Source: Dickeya solani IPO 2222 (GTDB lineage: Bacteria > Pseudomonadota > Gammaproteobacteria > Enterobacterales > Enterobacteriaceae). Taken from it: a DNA stretch of 32,000 bases. The stretch lies in contig NZ_CP015137.1 of assembly GCF_001644705.1 (NCBI RefSeq), positions 4,260,001 to 4,292,000 of the forward strand, in the 5' to 3' direction. The notes below the pieces were generated by a model. The model was not told where the DNA came from, searched no databases, and saw nothing but the letters and a program-made list of their open reading frames with translations. The position numbers were made by a program, and so were the translations under genes. Position 1 is the stretch's first letter, and each line of letters begins with the position of its first letter. Of the stretch, positions 10,618 to 19,203 are shown piece by piece.

Positions 10618-10886
10618 CACATCACTCCTTCCCGTTGGTTTTTTACGCAATGCAGCCGGCGGCTTATCTCGCCGCCTGACGCTCATGCCAATGTTGGTGC
10701 TTTAAATAACGCTGTTTATCACTATACCCACAGCCGCGGTTGGATGTAACCGCTTCTGAGATGGCGATTTATCCGTCATTCGGTACAACAGACGGACAGG
10801 AAATATTGATATAGCTTTTTTCTATTTACCAATCAGGCTGATATTTCCAATAATGACCGCTATTTATTAGCAGACGGGATAACTAT

Positions 10887-10940
10887 ACCTATGATATTCA
10901 CCCAACCTATGACATTCACCCAACCTATGACATTAACCCA
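10887..10940 (+). repeat. Three tandem copies of an 18-bp unit spanning the start of the metQ-like gene; each copy carries an in-frame ATG
   Basis: acctatgatattcaccca (10887-10904), acctatgacattcaccca (10905-10922) and acctatgacattaaccca (10923-10940), with one mismatch between neighbouring copies. Translation gives MIFTQP-MTFTQP-MTLTH. Confidence 0.93.
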
Positions 10941-11772
10941 TTCGATTCGTGCCGTGTTGGCGGTTGCGCTTTTGGCTTCTGGAACCTCGCAGGCGTTAGC
11001 GCAGAGCGACCCAAACACTATCGTATTTGGCGTGGCGCCAGGGCCGTACGGGGATATGGTTAATCAGGCGATCAAGCCGGAACTGACCAAAAAAGGGTAT
11101 AAAGTGGTGGTGCGCGAATTCAGCGACTATGTGCAGCCCAATCTGGCGTTGTCTAACGGCAGCATTGATGCCAACTTGTTCCAGCATTCGTTGTATCTGG
11201 ATAAATTCTCCGCCGACAAAGGGTTGAAGCTCACTCGTCTGATCACGGTGCCGACTGCCAGTATGGGGCTCTACTCCCGTAAAATCACCTCGCTGGATCA
11301 ATTGAAGAAAGGGGATGTGATCACCCTCTCCAACGACCCGACTAATCTGGCGCGCGGCCTGCGGTTTCTGCAATCGTTGGGGTTGATCACCATCAAACCG
11401 AATATCGATCCGACCAAAGCGTCGGAAAAAGATATTCAGGACAACCCGCGCGAACTGGTATTCAAGTCGCTGGAAGCCGCGCAATTGCCGCGTACGCTGG
11501 ATAGCGTGACCGCGTCGCTGGTGAACGGTAACTTCGCCATCGCCGCCGGGTTGAAACTCTCTTCCGCGTTGAAGCTGGAAACGCTGGATGAAAACCTGAA
11601 AAACGTGATTGCGGTGCGCACCGATGATCTGGACAAACCGTTCGTGAAAGAGATTAAAGCGGCGGTGGAATCTCCGGCGTATGCCGCCGTGATTAACGAT
11701 CCAACCACGATGTTCAGCCAGTTCCAGCGTCCTGACTGGATGACGGCGCAAACGCCGACGCCGGTCAAATAA
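10891..11772 (+). CDS. MetQ/NlpA-family substrate-binding protein of a methionine-type ABC transporter; the signal peptide has no lipobox cysteine
   Basis: MetQ-family similarity (IDAN.FQH..YLD.F; LSNDPTNL.RGL..LQ..GLI; Q...PRTLD). It lies directly upstream of MetN/MetI homologues. Three in-frame ATGs are possible starts (10891, 10909, 10927) and none has a strong SD, so the true start may be 10927. The signal-like sequence SIRAVLAVALLASGTSQALA-QS contains no Cys. Confidence 0.85.
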   Translation: MIFTQPMTFTQPMTLTHSIRAVLAVALLASGTSQALAQSDPNTIVFGVAPGPYGDMVNQAIKPELTKKGYKVVVREFSDYVQPNLALSNGSIDANLFQHSLYLDKFSADKGLKLTRLITVPTASMGLYSRKITSLDQLKKGDVITLSNDPTNLARGLRFLQSLGLITIKPNIDPTKASEKDIQDNPRELVFKSLEAAQLPRTLDSVTASLVNGNFAIAAGLKLSSALKLETLDENLKNVIAVRTDDLDKPFVKEIKAAVESPAYAAVINDPTTMFSQFQRPDWMTAQTPTPVK

Positions 11773-11860
11773 TAACGACCTGAAGCCGATGGTGTGTTGA
11801 GGTATGACAACCATCGGCAGCACGCCGATTCAGAACCAGGATCGCGTGGTATTAGCATGA

Positions 11861-11893
11861 GCCGGTCTTCGACCGGCTTTCTGTTTTTCTTCC
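11861..11893 (+). terminator. Intra-operon terminator/attenuator between the binding-protein gene and the ATPase gene
   Basis: gccggtc (11861-11867) pairs with gaccggc (11871-11877), followed by tttctgtttttcttcc. A second hairpin lies upstream: gccgatggt (11785-11793) pairs with accatcggc (11810-11818). Confidence 0.55.
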
Positions 11894-11919
11894 ATTGGTT
11901 ATCAGGAGTCATGCGGATA

Positions 11920-12936
11920 ATGATTCAGTTAGAAAATATCTGCGTAGAATTTCCTCAGGGAAAAGGCGCGGGCGCGCGGGCGGTGGATGACGTCAGTCTG
12001 CACATTCGTCAGGGAGAGATCTACGGGATTGTTGGGGCCAGCGGGGCAGGAAAAAGTACGCTACTGCGCACCATTAATTTGTTGCAACGCCCGGTGTCGG
12101 GCCAGGTGCGGGTCAATGGCGTGCGGGTCAGCGACCTGAGTGGTCAGGCGCTGCGTGTTGAGCGCCAGAAAATTGGCATGATTTTTCAACATTTCAATTT
12201 GATGCAGACGCGCACCGTGGCACAGAACGTGGCATTCAGCCTGCGCGCCGCCGGTAAATCGACGCCGGTGATTAATCAGCGGGTCCCGGAAATTTTGGCG
12301 CTGGTGGGGCTGGCGGATAAAGCCGATGCTTATCCGTCACAGTTGAGCGGCGGTCAGAAACAGCGTGTGGGCATCGCCCGCGCCATCGCCAATCACCCGG
12401 AGGTGTTGCTGTGTGATGAGCCGACATCGGCGCTGGATCTGGAAACGTCGGCGGCGATTCTGGATTTGCTGAAAGAGATTAATCAGAAGCTGGGCATCAC
12501 CATTGTGCTGATCTCCCACGAAATGAGCGTGATCAAGGCGATTTGCGATCGTATGGCGGTGATGACTGGCGGTCGCGTGGTGGAAGAGGGCGATGTGTTC
12601 GATATTTTCGCCACGCCGCAACATGCCTTTACCCGGCAACTGGTGTCGCACACCCTTAATCTGGAACTGCCGGCGCGCCTGAAGGAGGAGCTGCGCGGCA
12701 CGTTGCTAAAAATCCTGTTCATCGGCGAGTCGGCCGAGCAACCGGTGCTGTCGGATGTGGCGACCCGCTATGGCGTGTCGGTCAATATTCTGCACGGCAA
12801 AATCGAGTATATCGGCCATCGGGCGTTAGGCATTCTGGTCGCGCTGCTGATTCACCCCAGCGACAATCGGGTCGTGGCGGATGCGGTGAAACACATTCAA
12901 CAACGCACGGCTCAGGTGGAGGTGCTGCATGGCTGA
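11920..12936 (+). CDS. metN: Methionine-type ABC transporter ATP-binding protein (MetN family, C-terminal NIL domain)
   Basis: Walker A GASGAGKST, signature LSGGQKQRVGIARA, Walker B LLCDEPTSALD and the H-loop ISHEM are all present. The C-terminal region is NIL-like (GVSVNILHGKIEYIGHRALGILV). The start is chosen at ATG 11920 (MIQLENI, like E. coli MetN MIKLSNI). ATG 11911 is an alternative. AGGAG lies at 11904-11908. Confidence 0.9.
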   Translation: MIQLENICVEFPQGKGAGARAVDDVSLHIRQGEIYGIVGASGAGKSTLLRTINLLQRPVSGQVRVNGVRVSDLSGQALRVERQKIGMIFQHFNLMQTRTVAQNVAFSLRAAGKSTPVINQRVPEILALVGLADKADAYPSQLSGGQKQRVGIARAIANHPEVLLCDEPTSALDLETSAAILDLLKEINQKLGITIVLISHEMSVIKAICDRMAVMTGGRVVEEGDVFDIFATPQHAFTRQLVSHTLNLELPARLKEELRGTLLKILFIGESAEQPVLSDVATRYGVSVNILHGKIEYIGHRALGILVALLIHPSDNRVVADAVKHIQQRTAQVEVLHG

Positions 12937-13591
12937 GTTGCTGACCGATCTGTTCAATGCTTTCAACGAAACCTTCCAGATGGTAGGTATTTCGACGTTG
13001 TTTGCCGTGTTGGGCGGGTTGCCGTTTGGGTTCCTGATCTATGTGACCGACCGTCATCTGTTCTGGGAAAACCGTTTCCTCTATCTGTTCGGTACGGTGC
13101 TGGTGAATATCATCCGCTCGATTCCGTTCGTCATTTTGCTGGTATTGCTGTTGCCGTTGACCCAGTTCTTGCTGGGGAACACCATCGGCCCGGTAGCGGC
13201 GGCGGTGCCGATGTCGGTGGCCGCGATAGCGTTCTATGCTCGGCTGGTCGACAGCGCCCTGCGTGACGTGGATCCGGGGGTTGTGGAAGCGGCGGAAGCG
13301 TTTGGCGCCAGTCCACTGCGCATCATCTGCACGGTACTGCTGCCGGAGGCGCGCGCCGGGCTGCTGCGAGGGTTGACTATCACGCTGGTCAGCCTGATTG
13401 GCTACTCCGCGATGGCCGGGATTGTTGGCGGCGGTGGCGTGGGCGATCTGGCGATTCGTTTCGGCTATTACCGCTATGAAACCCAGGTGATGGTGGTTAC
13501 CGTGGTTGCGCTGGTTATTCTGGTACAGATTGTACAAACGCTCGGTGACTGGCTGGCAAAACGCGCAGACAAGCGCGAACGTCGCCGATAA
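12929..13591 (+). CDS. metI: Methionine-type ABC transporter permease (MetI family)
   Basis: Colinear with E. coli MetI as recalled (NI.RSIPF.ILLV; EA..A.GA.P..I...VLLPEA..GL....TITL..L.GYSAM.G.VG.GG.G). Its ATG overlaps the metN stop within ATGGCTGA (12929-12936), consistent with translational coupling. Confidence 0.92.
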   Translation: MAELLTDLFNAFNETFQMVGISTLFAVLGGLPFGFLIYVTDRHLFWENRFLYLFGTVLVNIIRSIPFVILLVLLLPLTQFLLGNTIGPVAAAVPMSVAAIAFYARLVDSALRDVDPGVVEAAEAFGASPLRIICTVLLPEARAGLLRGLTITLVSLIGYSAMAGIVGGGGVGDLAIRFGYYRYETQVMVVTVVALVILVQIVQTLGDWLAKRADKRERRR

Positions 13592-13621
13592 TTAAACATT
13601 ATTTGACTATCTACGTGATGA

Positions 13622-13652
13622 CCAGGCCGCTGATATTTATTCAGCGGCCTGG
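13622..13652. terminator. 12-bp-stem hairpin between the convergent metI and rhlA-like genes
   Basis: ccaggccgctga (13622-13633) pairs with tcagcggcctgg (13641-13652) around loop tatttat. There is no adjacent U-tract on either strand. Confidence 0.5.
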
Positions 13653-13667
13653 AGAATAAGCATTTCG

Positions 13668-14486
13668 TTATGCGAAAAACGTTATTATTCTTTCCGCTAC
13701 CTGCTTTGCAGCTTTCCTGTTTTCGAGGTCAAGGAAGTGACCTGCTTCAGGAATCGTGCTGAATTCGCAGATTCTGATATATTTTTCCATTTTTTTGATA
13801 TCGTCGGCGGTAGTGTACTCGTCATTTTCGCCATTCAAAAAAAGTATCTCGGCATTAATATCTTTGAACATCTCGATATACTGCTCTTCCTTAAGAGTGA
13901 GAACCTGGTCTATATGGAAATTGACCTGCTGAAATGCAAATTCGCTCATGGAGGAGATGTGCTTAAGGTTAATATGCTTCAATAACGGCGGCAGAAATTT
14001 ACCTACTTCATTATTGAGCAGCTCTGCCGCATTTTCGAATTCCTTCGAATGGATATAATGCCTGGCGCGTTGGATATAATCCCGCATTTTATCGTTAAGA
14101 TGCGCTGAAAATGACGCGATCACGGCTTTCTTGATCTGTTTGGGCTTGTTTGACAAGGCCAGCATTGACGACAGACCGCCCCACGAAATCGACAGGATAT
14201 GGTCCGGTTCAAACGTATCGATGAGATGAAGCAGGATGTTGACTTCATCGCTTTTGGTTATGACTCTATCCAGCGTGTTGTGAGGCAGTGATTCACCAAT
14301 AAACGGCAAATCAAAAAGGATGATATTAAACCTGCTGGACAGATTTTTGACGGTGTTTTTGAATGCCGCCGTTGTCGATAGTGCTCCGTTAACCATAATG
14401 ATGGTTTCATGTGCAGGATCGGAAATATGCCTTTCAACATATATTTTCCATGAGTCATATGTGACAATGCATTTTTCTATGGACAT
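13668..14486 (-). CDS. rhlA: RhlA-family alpha/beta-hydrolase (3-(3-hydroxyalkanoyloxy)alkanoate / HAA surfactant synthase homologue)
   Basis: The 272-aa ORF has SD AGGGA 7 nt upstream. It matches P. aeruginosa RhlA (as I recall it) motif by motif along its full length: MVNGALSTTAAF / LVNGAMATTASF; FNIILFDLPFIGES / FNVVLFDLPFAGQS; ITKSDEVNILLHLIDTFE / ITKDDEVEILLALIERFE; SISWGG / SASWGG; LLNNEVGKFLPPLLK / LLNETVGKYLPPRLK; FHIDQVLTL / FHIDQVLAL; NGENDEYTTADD / NGSWDEYTTAED; GHFLDLEN / GHFLDLES. The gene is visibly AT-rich relative to its neighbours. Confidence 0.78.
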   Translation of the reverse strand: MSIEKCIVTYDSWKIYVERHISDPAHETIIMVNGALSTTAAFKNTVKNLSSRFNIILFDLPFIGESLPHNTLDRVITKSDEVNILLHLIDTFEPDHILSISWGGLSSMLALSNKPKQIKKAVIASFSAHLNDKMRDYIQRARHYIHSKEFENAAELLNNEVGKFLPPLLKHINLKHISSMSEFAFQQVNFHIDQVLTLKEEQYIEMFKDINAEILFLNGENDEYTTADDIKKMEKYIRICEFSTIPEAGHFLDLENRKAAKQVAERIITFFA

Positions 14487-14840
14487 GATAAATTCCCTTT
14501 TGTTTGCCCGGCCAAGGCATGGCGCTATCGTTAGAGCATTTTTAGTAGTGAGATTTAACCGAATTAATAATCCTCCCTCTGAAAAAACTGAAGGAATACT
14601 GTTTCTATCTTTGTTGTTAATATATTGACATCGTTAATTTATCACATTATTTGGGATGAGATAAATGCCACTTAATTTATTCGCACTATTACGCTTTCTA
14701 AAAAGAAATAACAGATTAAAAATGTTGAACTAAGTGGTATACAAAGATTATTCAATAAGGAATTTTAATGATTTCGACAGATGTGTGGGCGCGGCCGCGC
14801 AGAGGTGGCGTAAACAAGGGCAATATCGCCTGTTGGTAGT

Positions 14841-14880
14841 GAATCTGACTGCGTCCCCAGGCAGATTCCGCTGATTTTTT
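14841..14880 (+). terminator. Terminator-like hairpin plus T-run on the + strand, inside the rhlA-dacC divergent region
   Basis: gaatctgactg (14841-14851) pairs with caggcagattc (14858-14868), giving 10 of 11 bp paired. TTTTTT (14875-14880) begins 6 nt after the stem. No annotated + strand gene lies upstream. Confidence 0.35.
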
Positions 14881-15006
14881 ATTTTCTTTGACGAACTTTA
14901 CCGAGTGAACGATTTTATTCTCAGGTATGCCGGGCTACCTTAGTAGAGATCGGACTGGGTAAACCGATTGATCCTCTTCACTTTTAACAATTTATGGACA
15001 GCGCGC

Positions 15007-16215
15007 ATGAAGATAGTGACACCTTTCATTTCTTGGGGACGCGTAGTCGTGGTGGCCGCCACGGCGCTGATGACGGTTTCGCCGGTGCTTCGGGCTGAGC
15101 AGGCGCCGCCCCCGCCGCAAATTGAGGCTAAAGCCTTTATTCTGATTGATTACGCTAGCGGGCGGGTGCTGGCGGAGTCGAATGCCGATGTCAGGCTGGA
15201 TCCCGCCAGCCTGACTAAAATCATGTCCAGCTATGTGATTGGTCAGGCCATCAAGGTGGGCAAGATCACGCCGGAAGATAAGGTCACCGTTGGAAAAGAC
15301 GCCTGGGCTACCGGTAATCCGGCGCTGCGTGGGTCGTCGCTGATGTTCCTCAAGCCGGGTGACCAGATTCCGGTGTCCGATCTTAATAAAGGCATGGTGA
15401 TTCAGTCCGGTAATGACGCCAGTATCGCACTGGCGGACTATGTCGCCGGCAGCCAGGATGCGTTCGTCAGCCTGATGAACCAGTACGCCGCTACTCTCGG
15501 ACTGACAAATACCCATTTTCTCACTGTGCATGGCCTGGACACGCCAGGGCAGTACAGCACGGCCCGCGACATGGCGCGTCTGACTCAGGCGTTGATCCGC
15601 GATGTGCCGAGCGAATACGCGTTGCACAGCGAAAAAGAATTCACGTTCAATAATATCCGCCAGCCCAATCGCAACCGCCTGCTGTGGAGCGGCAATCTGC
15701 ACGTAGATGGCGTGAAAACCGGTTATACCGGCGGCGCGGGCCACAGTCTGGTGGCGTCCGCCGTCGATAGCGACATGCGGCTGATTTCGGTCGTGCTGGG
15801 CGCGCCGTCCGACGCGGTGCGCTTCCGGGAAAGTGAAAAACTGCTGACCTGGGGATTCCGTTTCTTTGAAACGGTGACGCCGGTACGCAGCGATACGCCG
15901 TTTACGACTCAGCGGGTGTGGTTCGGCACTGAAAAACAGGCCAGACTGAGCGTCGCGCAGGACGCCGCGCTGACCGCGCCGAAAGGGCAGATGAAAAACC
16001 TGAAGGCCAGCTTCACGCTGACTCAACCACAGTTGAAGGCGCCGCTGAAGAAAGGGCAGGTGGTCGGAACCATTGATTTTCAGTTGGATGGCAACAGTAT
16101 CGGCCAGCGGCCGTTGGTGGTGATGGAGGATATACCGGAAGCCGGCTTTTTCAGCCGCCTGTGGGATACGGTGTTGATGACGCTGTCCGGCTGGTTTGGC
16201 GGATTATTCGGCTAA
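15007..16215 (+). CDS. dacC: D-alanyl-D-alanine carboxypeptidase DacC (PBP6)
   Basis: The start is trimmed to ATG 15007 (signal peptide [30 protein letters not shown]). Near-identical blocks to E. coli PBP6 as recalled include [10 protein letters not shown] (SxxK), VIQSGNDA (SxN), VDGVKTGYT (KTG) and the C-terminal amphipathic anchor. Confidence 0.94.
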   Translation: MKIVTPFISWGRVVVVAATALMTVSPVLRAEQAPPPPQIEAKAFILIDYASGRVLAESNADVRLDPASLTKIMSSYVIGQAIKVGKITPEDKVTVGKDAWATGNPALRGSSLMFLKPGDQIPVSDLNKGMVIQSGNDASIALADYVAGSQDAFVSLMNQYAATLGLTNTHFLTVHGLDTPGQYSTARDMARLTQALIRDVPSEYALHSEKEFTFNNIRQPNRNRLLWSGNLHVDGVKTGYTGGAGHSLVASAVDSDMRLISVVLGAPSDAVRFRESEKLLTWGFRFFETVTPVRSDTPFTTQRVWFGTEKQARLSVAQDAALTAPKGQMKNLKASFTLTQPQLKAPLKKGQVVGTIDFQLDGNSIGQRPLVVMEDIPEAGFFSRLWDTVLMTLSGWFGGLFG

Positions 16216-16234
16216 CCGGTCTGACGCGGTGAGT

Positions 16235-16256
16235 AGATGGCCCGGCCGGGCCATCT
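16235..16256. terminator. 22-nt perfect palindrome between the convergent dacC and deoR genes
   Basis: agatggcccgg|ccgggccatct (16235-16256). This is a GC-rich hairpin without a U-tract. Confidence 0.45.
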
Positions 16257-16266
16257 GCCGTGATGA

Positions 16267-17037
16267 TCAGGGCGTCAGCAGGCGAATGTTGTTGGATTTG
16301 AGATAGTGCATGCAGTCAGCGCCCGGCGTGTGGTTGGTGATGACCGTATCAAATAAAGTCAGCGCGCCGATGCGTGCGGGTTTGCGTTTGCCGAATTTGC
16401 TGCCGTCCGCCACTAAAATTACGCGCTGGGATAACGCCATCGCGCGGTGTTTCATCGCCAGCTCGGCGAAATTAAAACAGGTGGCGCCTGCCTCCGGGTC
16501 GATTCCTCCCGCCGAGATGAACGCTTTGGTCGGGCAGATTTGATCCAGTTCATGCTGACGCCCCAGCGGAGTAAAAATGGCGTTGTCAGGATGGAACTCC
16601 CCACCGCACAGAATCACCCGGCCGTTCGGTTTACCCTGTAGCGCCAGAAAAGTATTGAGCGAATAGCAAATGCCGGTAAACGGCAGGTCATCCGGAATGG
16701 CGGCGATGATGAAAGGGATGGTGGTGCCGCAGTCAAAGAACAAGGTATCGTTCGGTTCGATGCAACTGGCGGCCAGTTCGCCTACGATGCTTTTTTCCAC
16801 CACGTGCTTTGCCTGCTGGTCGGAGACAAAATAACTGGTGGCGCCGTTGGTTTTCAGATCACAAACCACGTAGCCGCCCAGCAGCACCACCGACGCCTCT
16901 GGTTGAGCGTTCAGATCGCGTCGGACTGTCATCTCAGAGACGCCAAGCAGTTGCGCCGCATCCTTCAGGTGCAGTTTATCGGCCTTTTTTAAAGCCTGAG
17001 CCAATTTGTTGAGCCGTGCTGCGCGACGCGTTTCCAT
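16267..17037 (-). CDS. deoR: DeoR-family transcriptional repressor (deoxyribose operon repressor DeoR)
   Basis: Similarity to E. coli DeoR as recalled (METRR...KLHLKDAA.LLGVSEMT.RRDLN; LFFDCGTT.P.II.AI; CYSLNTFLAL; GATCFN..EL..KH.AM). Synteny next to dacC is conserved. Confidence 0.9.
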   Translation of the reverse strand: METRRAARLNKLAQALKKADKLHLKDAAQLLGVSEMTVRRDLNAQPEASVVLLGGYVVCDLKTNGATSYFVSDQQAKHVVEKSIVGELAASCIEPNDTLFFDCGTTIPFIIAAIPDDLPFTGICYSLNTFLALQGKPNGRVILCGGEFHPDNAIFTPLGRQHELDQICPTKAFISAGGIDPEAGATCFNFAELAMKHRAMALSQRVILVADGSKFGKRKPARIGALTLFDTVITNHTPGADCMHYLKSNNIRLLTP

Positions 17038-17350
17038 GTTTTTCCTCGATAATGCCGGTCAGACATGCTCCGATGCAGGATATTCACCATGCACTACGCC
17101 ATCCTTCATGGCAAATGCCTGAATCGGGATACGTGATAGGGATGAAAGTGAAATGCACCGGGGATGGTTAACCGCAGGCAATGTGTGCTGACTGCTCAGC
17201 AGATGGGGCATTAATATAACCTTCATGAAAGGCGGGGCGCAAATCCATCATGAAAATGTTATAACGCACCGGGCCTTATTAGACCGGCTAATTAACGTCA
17301 ACAAACCAATGAGTAACCCGCGTAACGTCGGCAGAAAAACAAGAAATGAA

Positions 17351-17404
17351 CCATAAAAAGAAAATGCCCGTCGTTCTTGAACCTAACCGGCGTGAACGAC
17401 GGGC
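17351..17404 (-). terminator. Rho-independent terminator on the - strand, about 110 nt downstream of the ybjL stop
   Basis: On the - strand, gcccgtcgttc pairs with gaacgacgggc (11-bp stem; + strand coordinates 17366-17376 and 17394-17404) around a 17-nt loop. ATTTTCTTTTTATGG follows. Confidence 0.8.
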
Positions 17405-17514
17405 TCCTCAATTTAGGGATATCAAAGAAAAGCAGTGGCATTTATTCAGACTTTACCTCTGGAAAAAAGTTCTGTGCTTTTCGAAAAAAAATTGACGTTG
17501 ATTTACAAAATGGC

Positions 17515-19203
17515 TCAACCAGGTAGTTGTGGCCAGATAATCACAATCAGCGACCCGGCCAGCGTCAGCAGCACGTTAGCGATGGCATAGGTCCCAGCGT
17601 AACCCAGCGCCGGGATATTGCTGCGGGCGGTATCGCTGATGATCTCCATCGCCGGGGCGCAGGTGCGTGCTCCCATAATGGCGCCGAACAGCAGCGCCCG
17701 GTTCATGCGCAGTACATAGGCACCGAACAGAAAACAGACAACCACCGGCAACAGGCTGACGATCAGTCCGGACAACACCATCTGGATGCCTACGTCGCCA
17801 AAGCTGTGGTTGATGGTGCTGCCGGCGCTGAGTCCGACGCCGGCCATGAAGACCATCAAGCCGAACTCTTTCACCATATTCAGCGCGCCCTGCGGGATGT
17901 AACCGAACGTCGGGTGGTTGGCGCGCAGAAAACCAAGCATGATGCCGGAAAACAGCAAGCCTGCCGCGTTGCCGACGCCGAAGGAAAAATTGCGGAACTG
18001 GAAGGTGATCAGCCCCACCATGATGCCGATGATGAAAAAGGCGCAGAAGGCCAGCAGGTCGGTGACCTGGCTATGAATGGAAATAAAACCGATGCGGTCA
18101 GCGATGCTTTTCACCCGGCGGGCGTCGCCGCTGACCTGCAAAACGTCCCCTTTATTCAGCACCACGCCGTCATCGATCGGCATTTCAATCTGGCTGCGGA
18201 CGATGCGGTTGAGGAAACAGCCGTGGTCGGTCAGTTTCAACTGGCTCAGGCGTTTGCCCACGGCGTTGTGGTTTTTCACCACGATTTCCTCGGTCACGAT
18301 CCGCATATCCAGCAGGTCGCGTTCAAACACTTCCTTGCCATCGCGAAAATTGGGGTTGAGGCGGGCGTGAGCGTCCGGATACCCCACCAGCGCGATTTCA
18401 TCTCCCAATTGCAACACCGCGTCGCCATCCGGCGTCGCCAGAATGCCATTGCGACGGATGCGCTCAATGTAGCAGCCGGTCTGACGATAAATACCCAGCT
18501 CACGCAGGTTTTTGCCATCGGCCCAGGCCACCAGTTCCGGGCCGACCCGATAGGCGCGAATGATCGGCAGGTAGATCTTGCGCTGACTGTCGGCGTCCAG
18601 GCCGCGTTCGCGGGCAATCTGTTGGGCGCTGGTCGGCAGATCCTGATGTTGCAGTTTTGGCAGGTAGCGGGCACCGAAAATCAGGCTGACCAGACCGATC
18701 AGGTAGGTCAACGCGTAGCCCAGACTCAGTTGCTCCTGCGTCATCGACAACTGTGGTCCAAGGCTGATGGTGTTGCGCAGCGTATCCCCGGCACCTACCA
18801 GCACCGGCGTTGAGGTCATGGCGCCCGCTAGCATGCCGGCGGTCAGGCCGATCCCCCAGCCGAATACCTTGCCCAGCACCAGAGCGATCAGCAATGCGCT
18901 GCTGACCATGACCAGTGCCAGCATTAGATAATTCTTGCCGTCACGAAAAAAAATCGAGAAGAAGTTGGGGCCGGCTTCCACGCCGACGCAGAAAATAAAC
19001 AGCATGAAACCGAGATTGAGCGCGTCGGTATTGATGGCGAAATGCTGCTGCCCGAGCAACAGCGATACCACCAGAACGCCAATGGAATTGCCGAGTTGAA
19101 CCGAACCGAGCCGCAATTTTCCCAGACAAAGACCCAAGCAGAGAACCACGAACAACAGCAGAATGTAATTCCCGTTTAACAAATCAGCGACGTTTATATT
19201 CAT
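17515..19203 (-). CDS. ybjL: Putative transport protein YbjL (AAE family, two TrkA-C/RCK_C domains)
   Basis: About 85-90% identical by eye to E. coli YbjL as recalled, over the full length ([52 protein letters not shown]...). Confidence 0.96.
   Translation of the reverse strand: MNINVADLLNGNYILLLFVVLCLGLCLGKLRLGSVQLGNSIGVLVVSLLLGQQHFAINTDALNLGFMLFIFCVGVEAGPNFFSIFFRDGKNYLMLALVMVSSALLIALVLGKVFGWGIGLTAGMLAGAMTSTPVLVGAGDTLRNTISLGPQLSMTQEQLSLGYALTYLIGLVSLIFGARYLPKLQHQDLPTSAQQIARERGLDADSQRKIYLPIIRAYRVGPELVAWADGKNLRELGIYRQTGCYIERIRRNGILATPDGDAVLQLGDEIALVGYPDAHARLNPNFRDGKEVFERDLLDMRIVTEEIVVKNHNAVGKRLSQLKLTDHGCFLNRIVRSQIEMPIDDGVVLNKGDVLQVSGDARRVKSIADRIGFISIHSQVTDLLAFCAFFIIGIMVGLITFQFRNFSFGVGNAAGLLFSGIMLGFLRANHPTFGYIPQGALNMVKEFGLMVFMAGVGLSAGSTINHSFGDVGIQMVLSGLIVSLLPVVVCFLFGAYVLRMNRALLFGAIMGARTCAPAMEIISDTARSNIPALGYAGTYAIANVLLTLAGSLIVIIWPQLPG

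Noticed and set aside
10780-10885. Possible MetJ boxes upstream of the metQ-like gene (AGACGGAC, AGACGGGA)
   Set aside because: Each matches AGACGTCT at only 5 of 8 positions, and they are not arranged as tandem 8-bp repeats. This does not support MetJ control.
14789-14800. 12-bp GC palindrome gcgcggccgcgc (contains a NotI site) at the edge of the AT-rich islet
   Set aside because: It is short and isolated with no partner repeat at the other islet boundary (13592-13660). There is no evidence that it is an att site or an inverted-repeat end of a mobile element.
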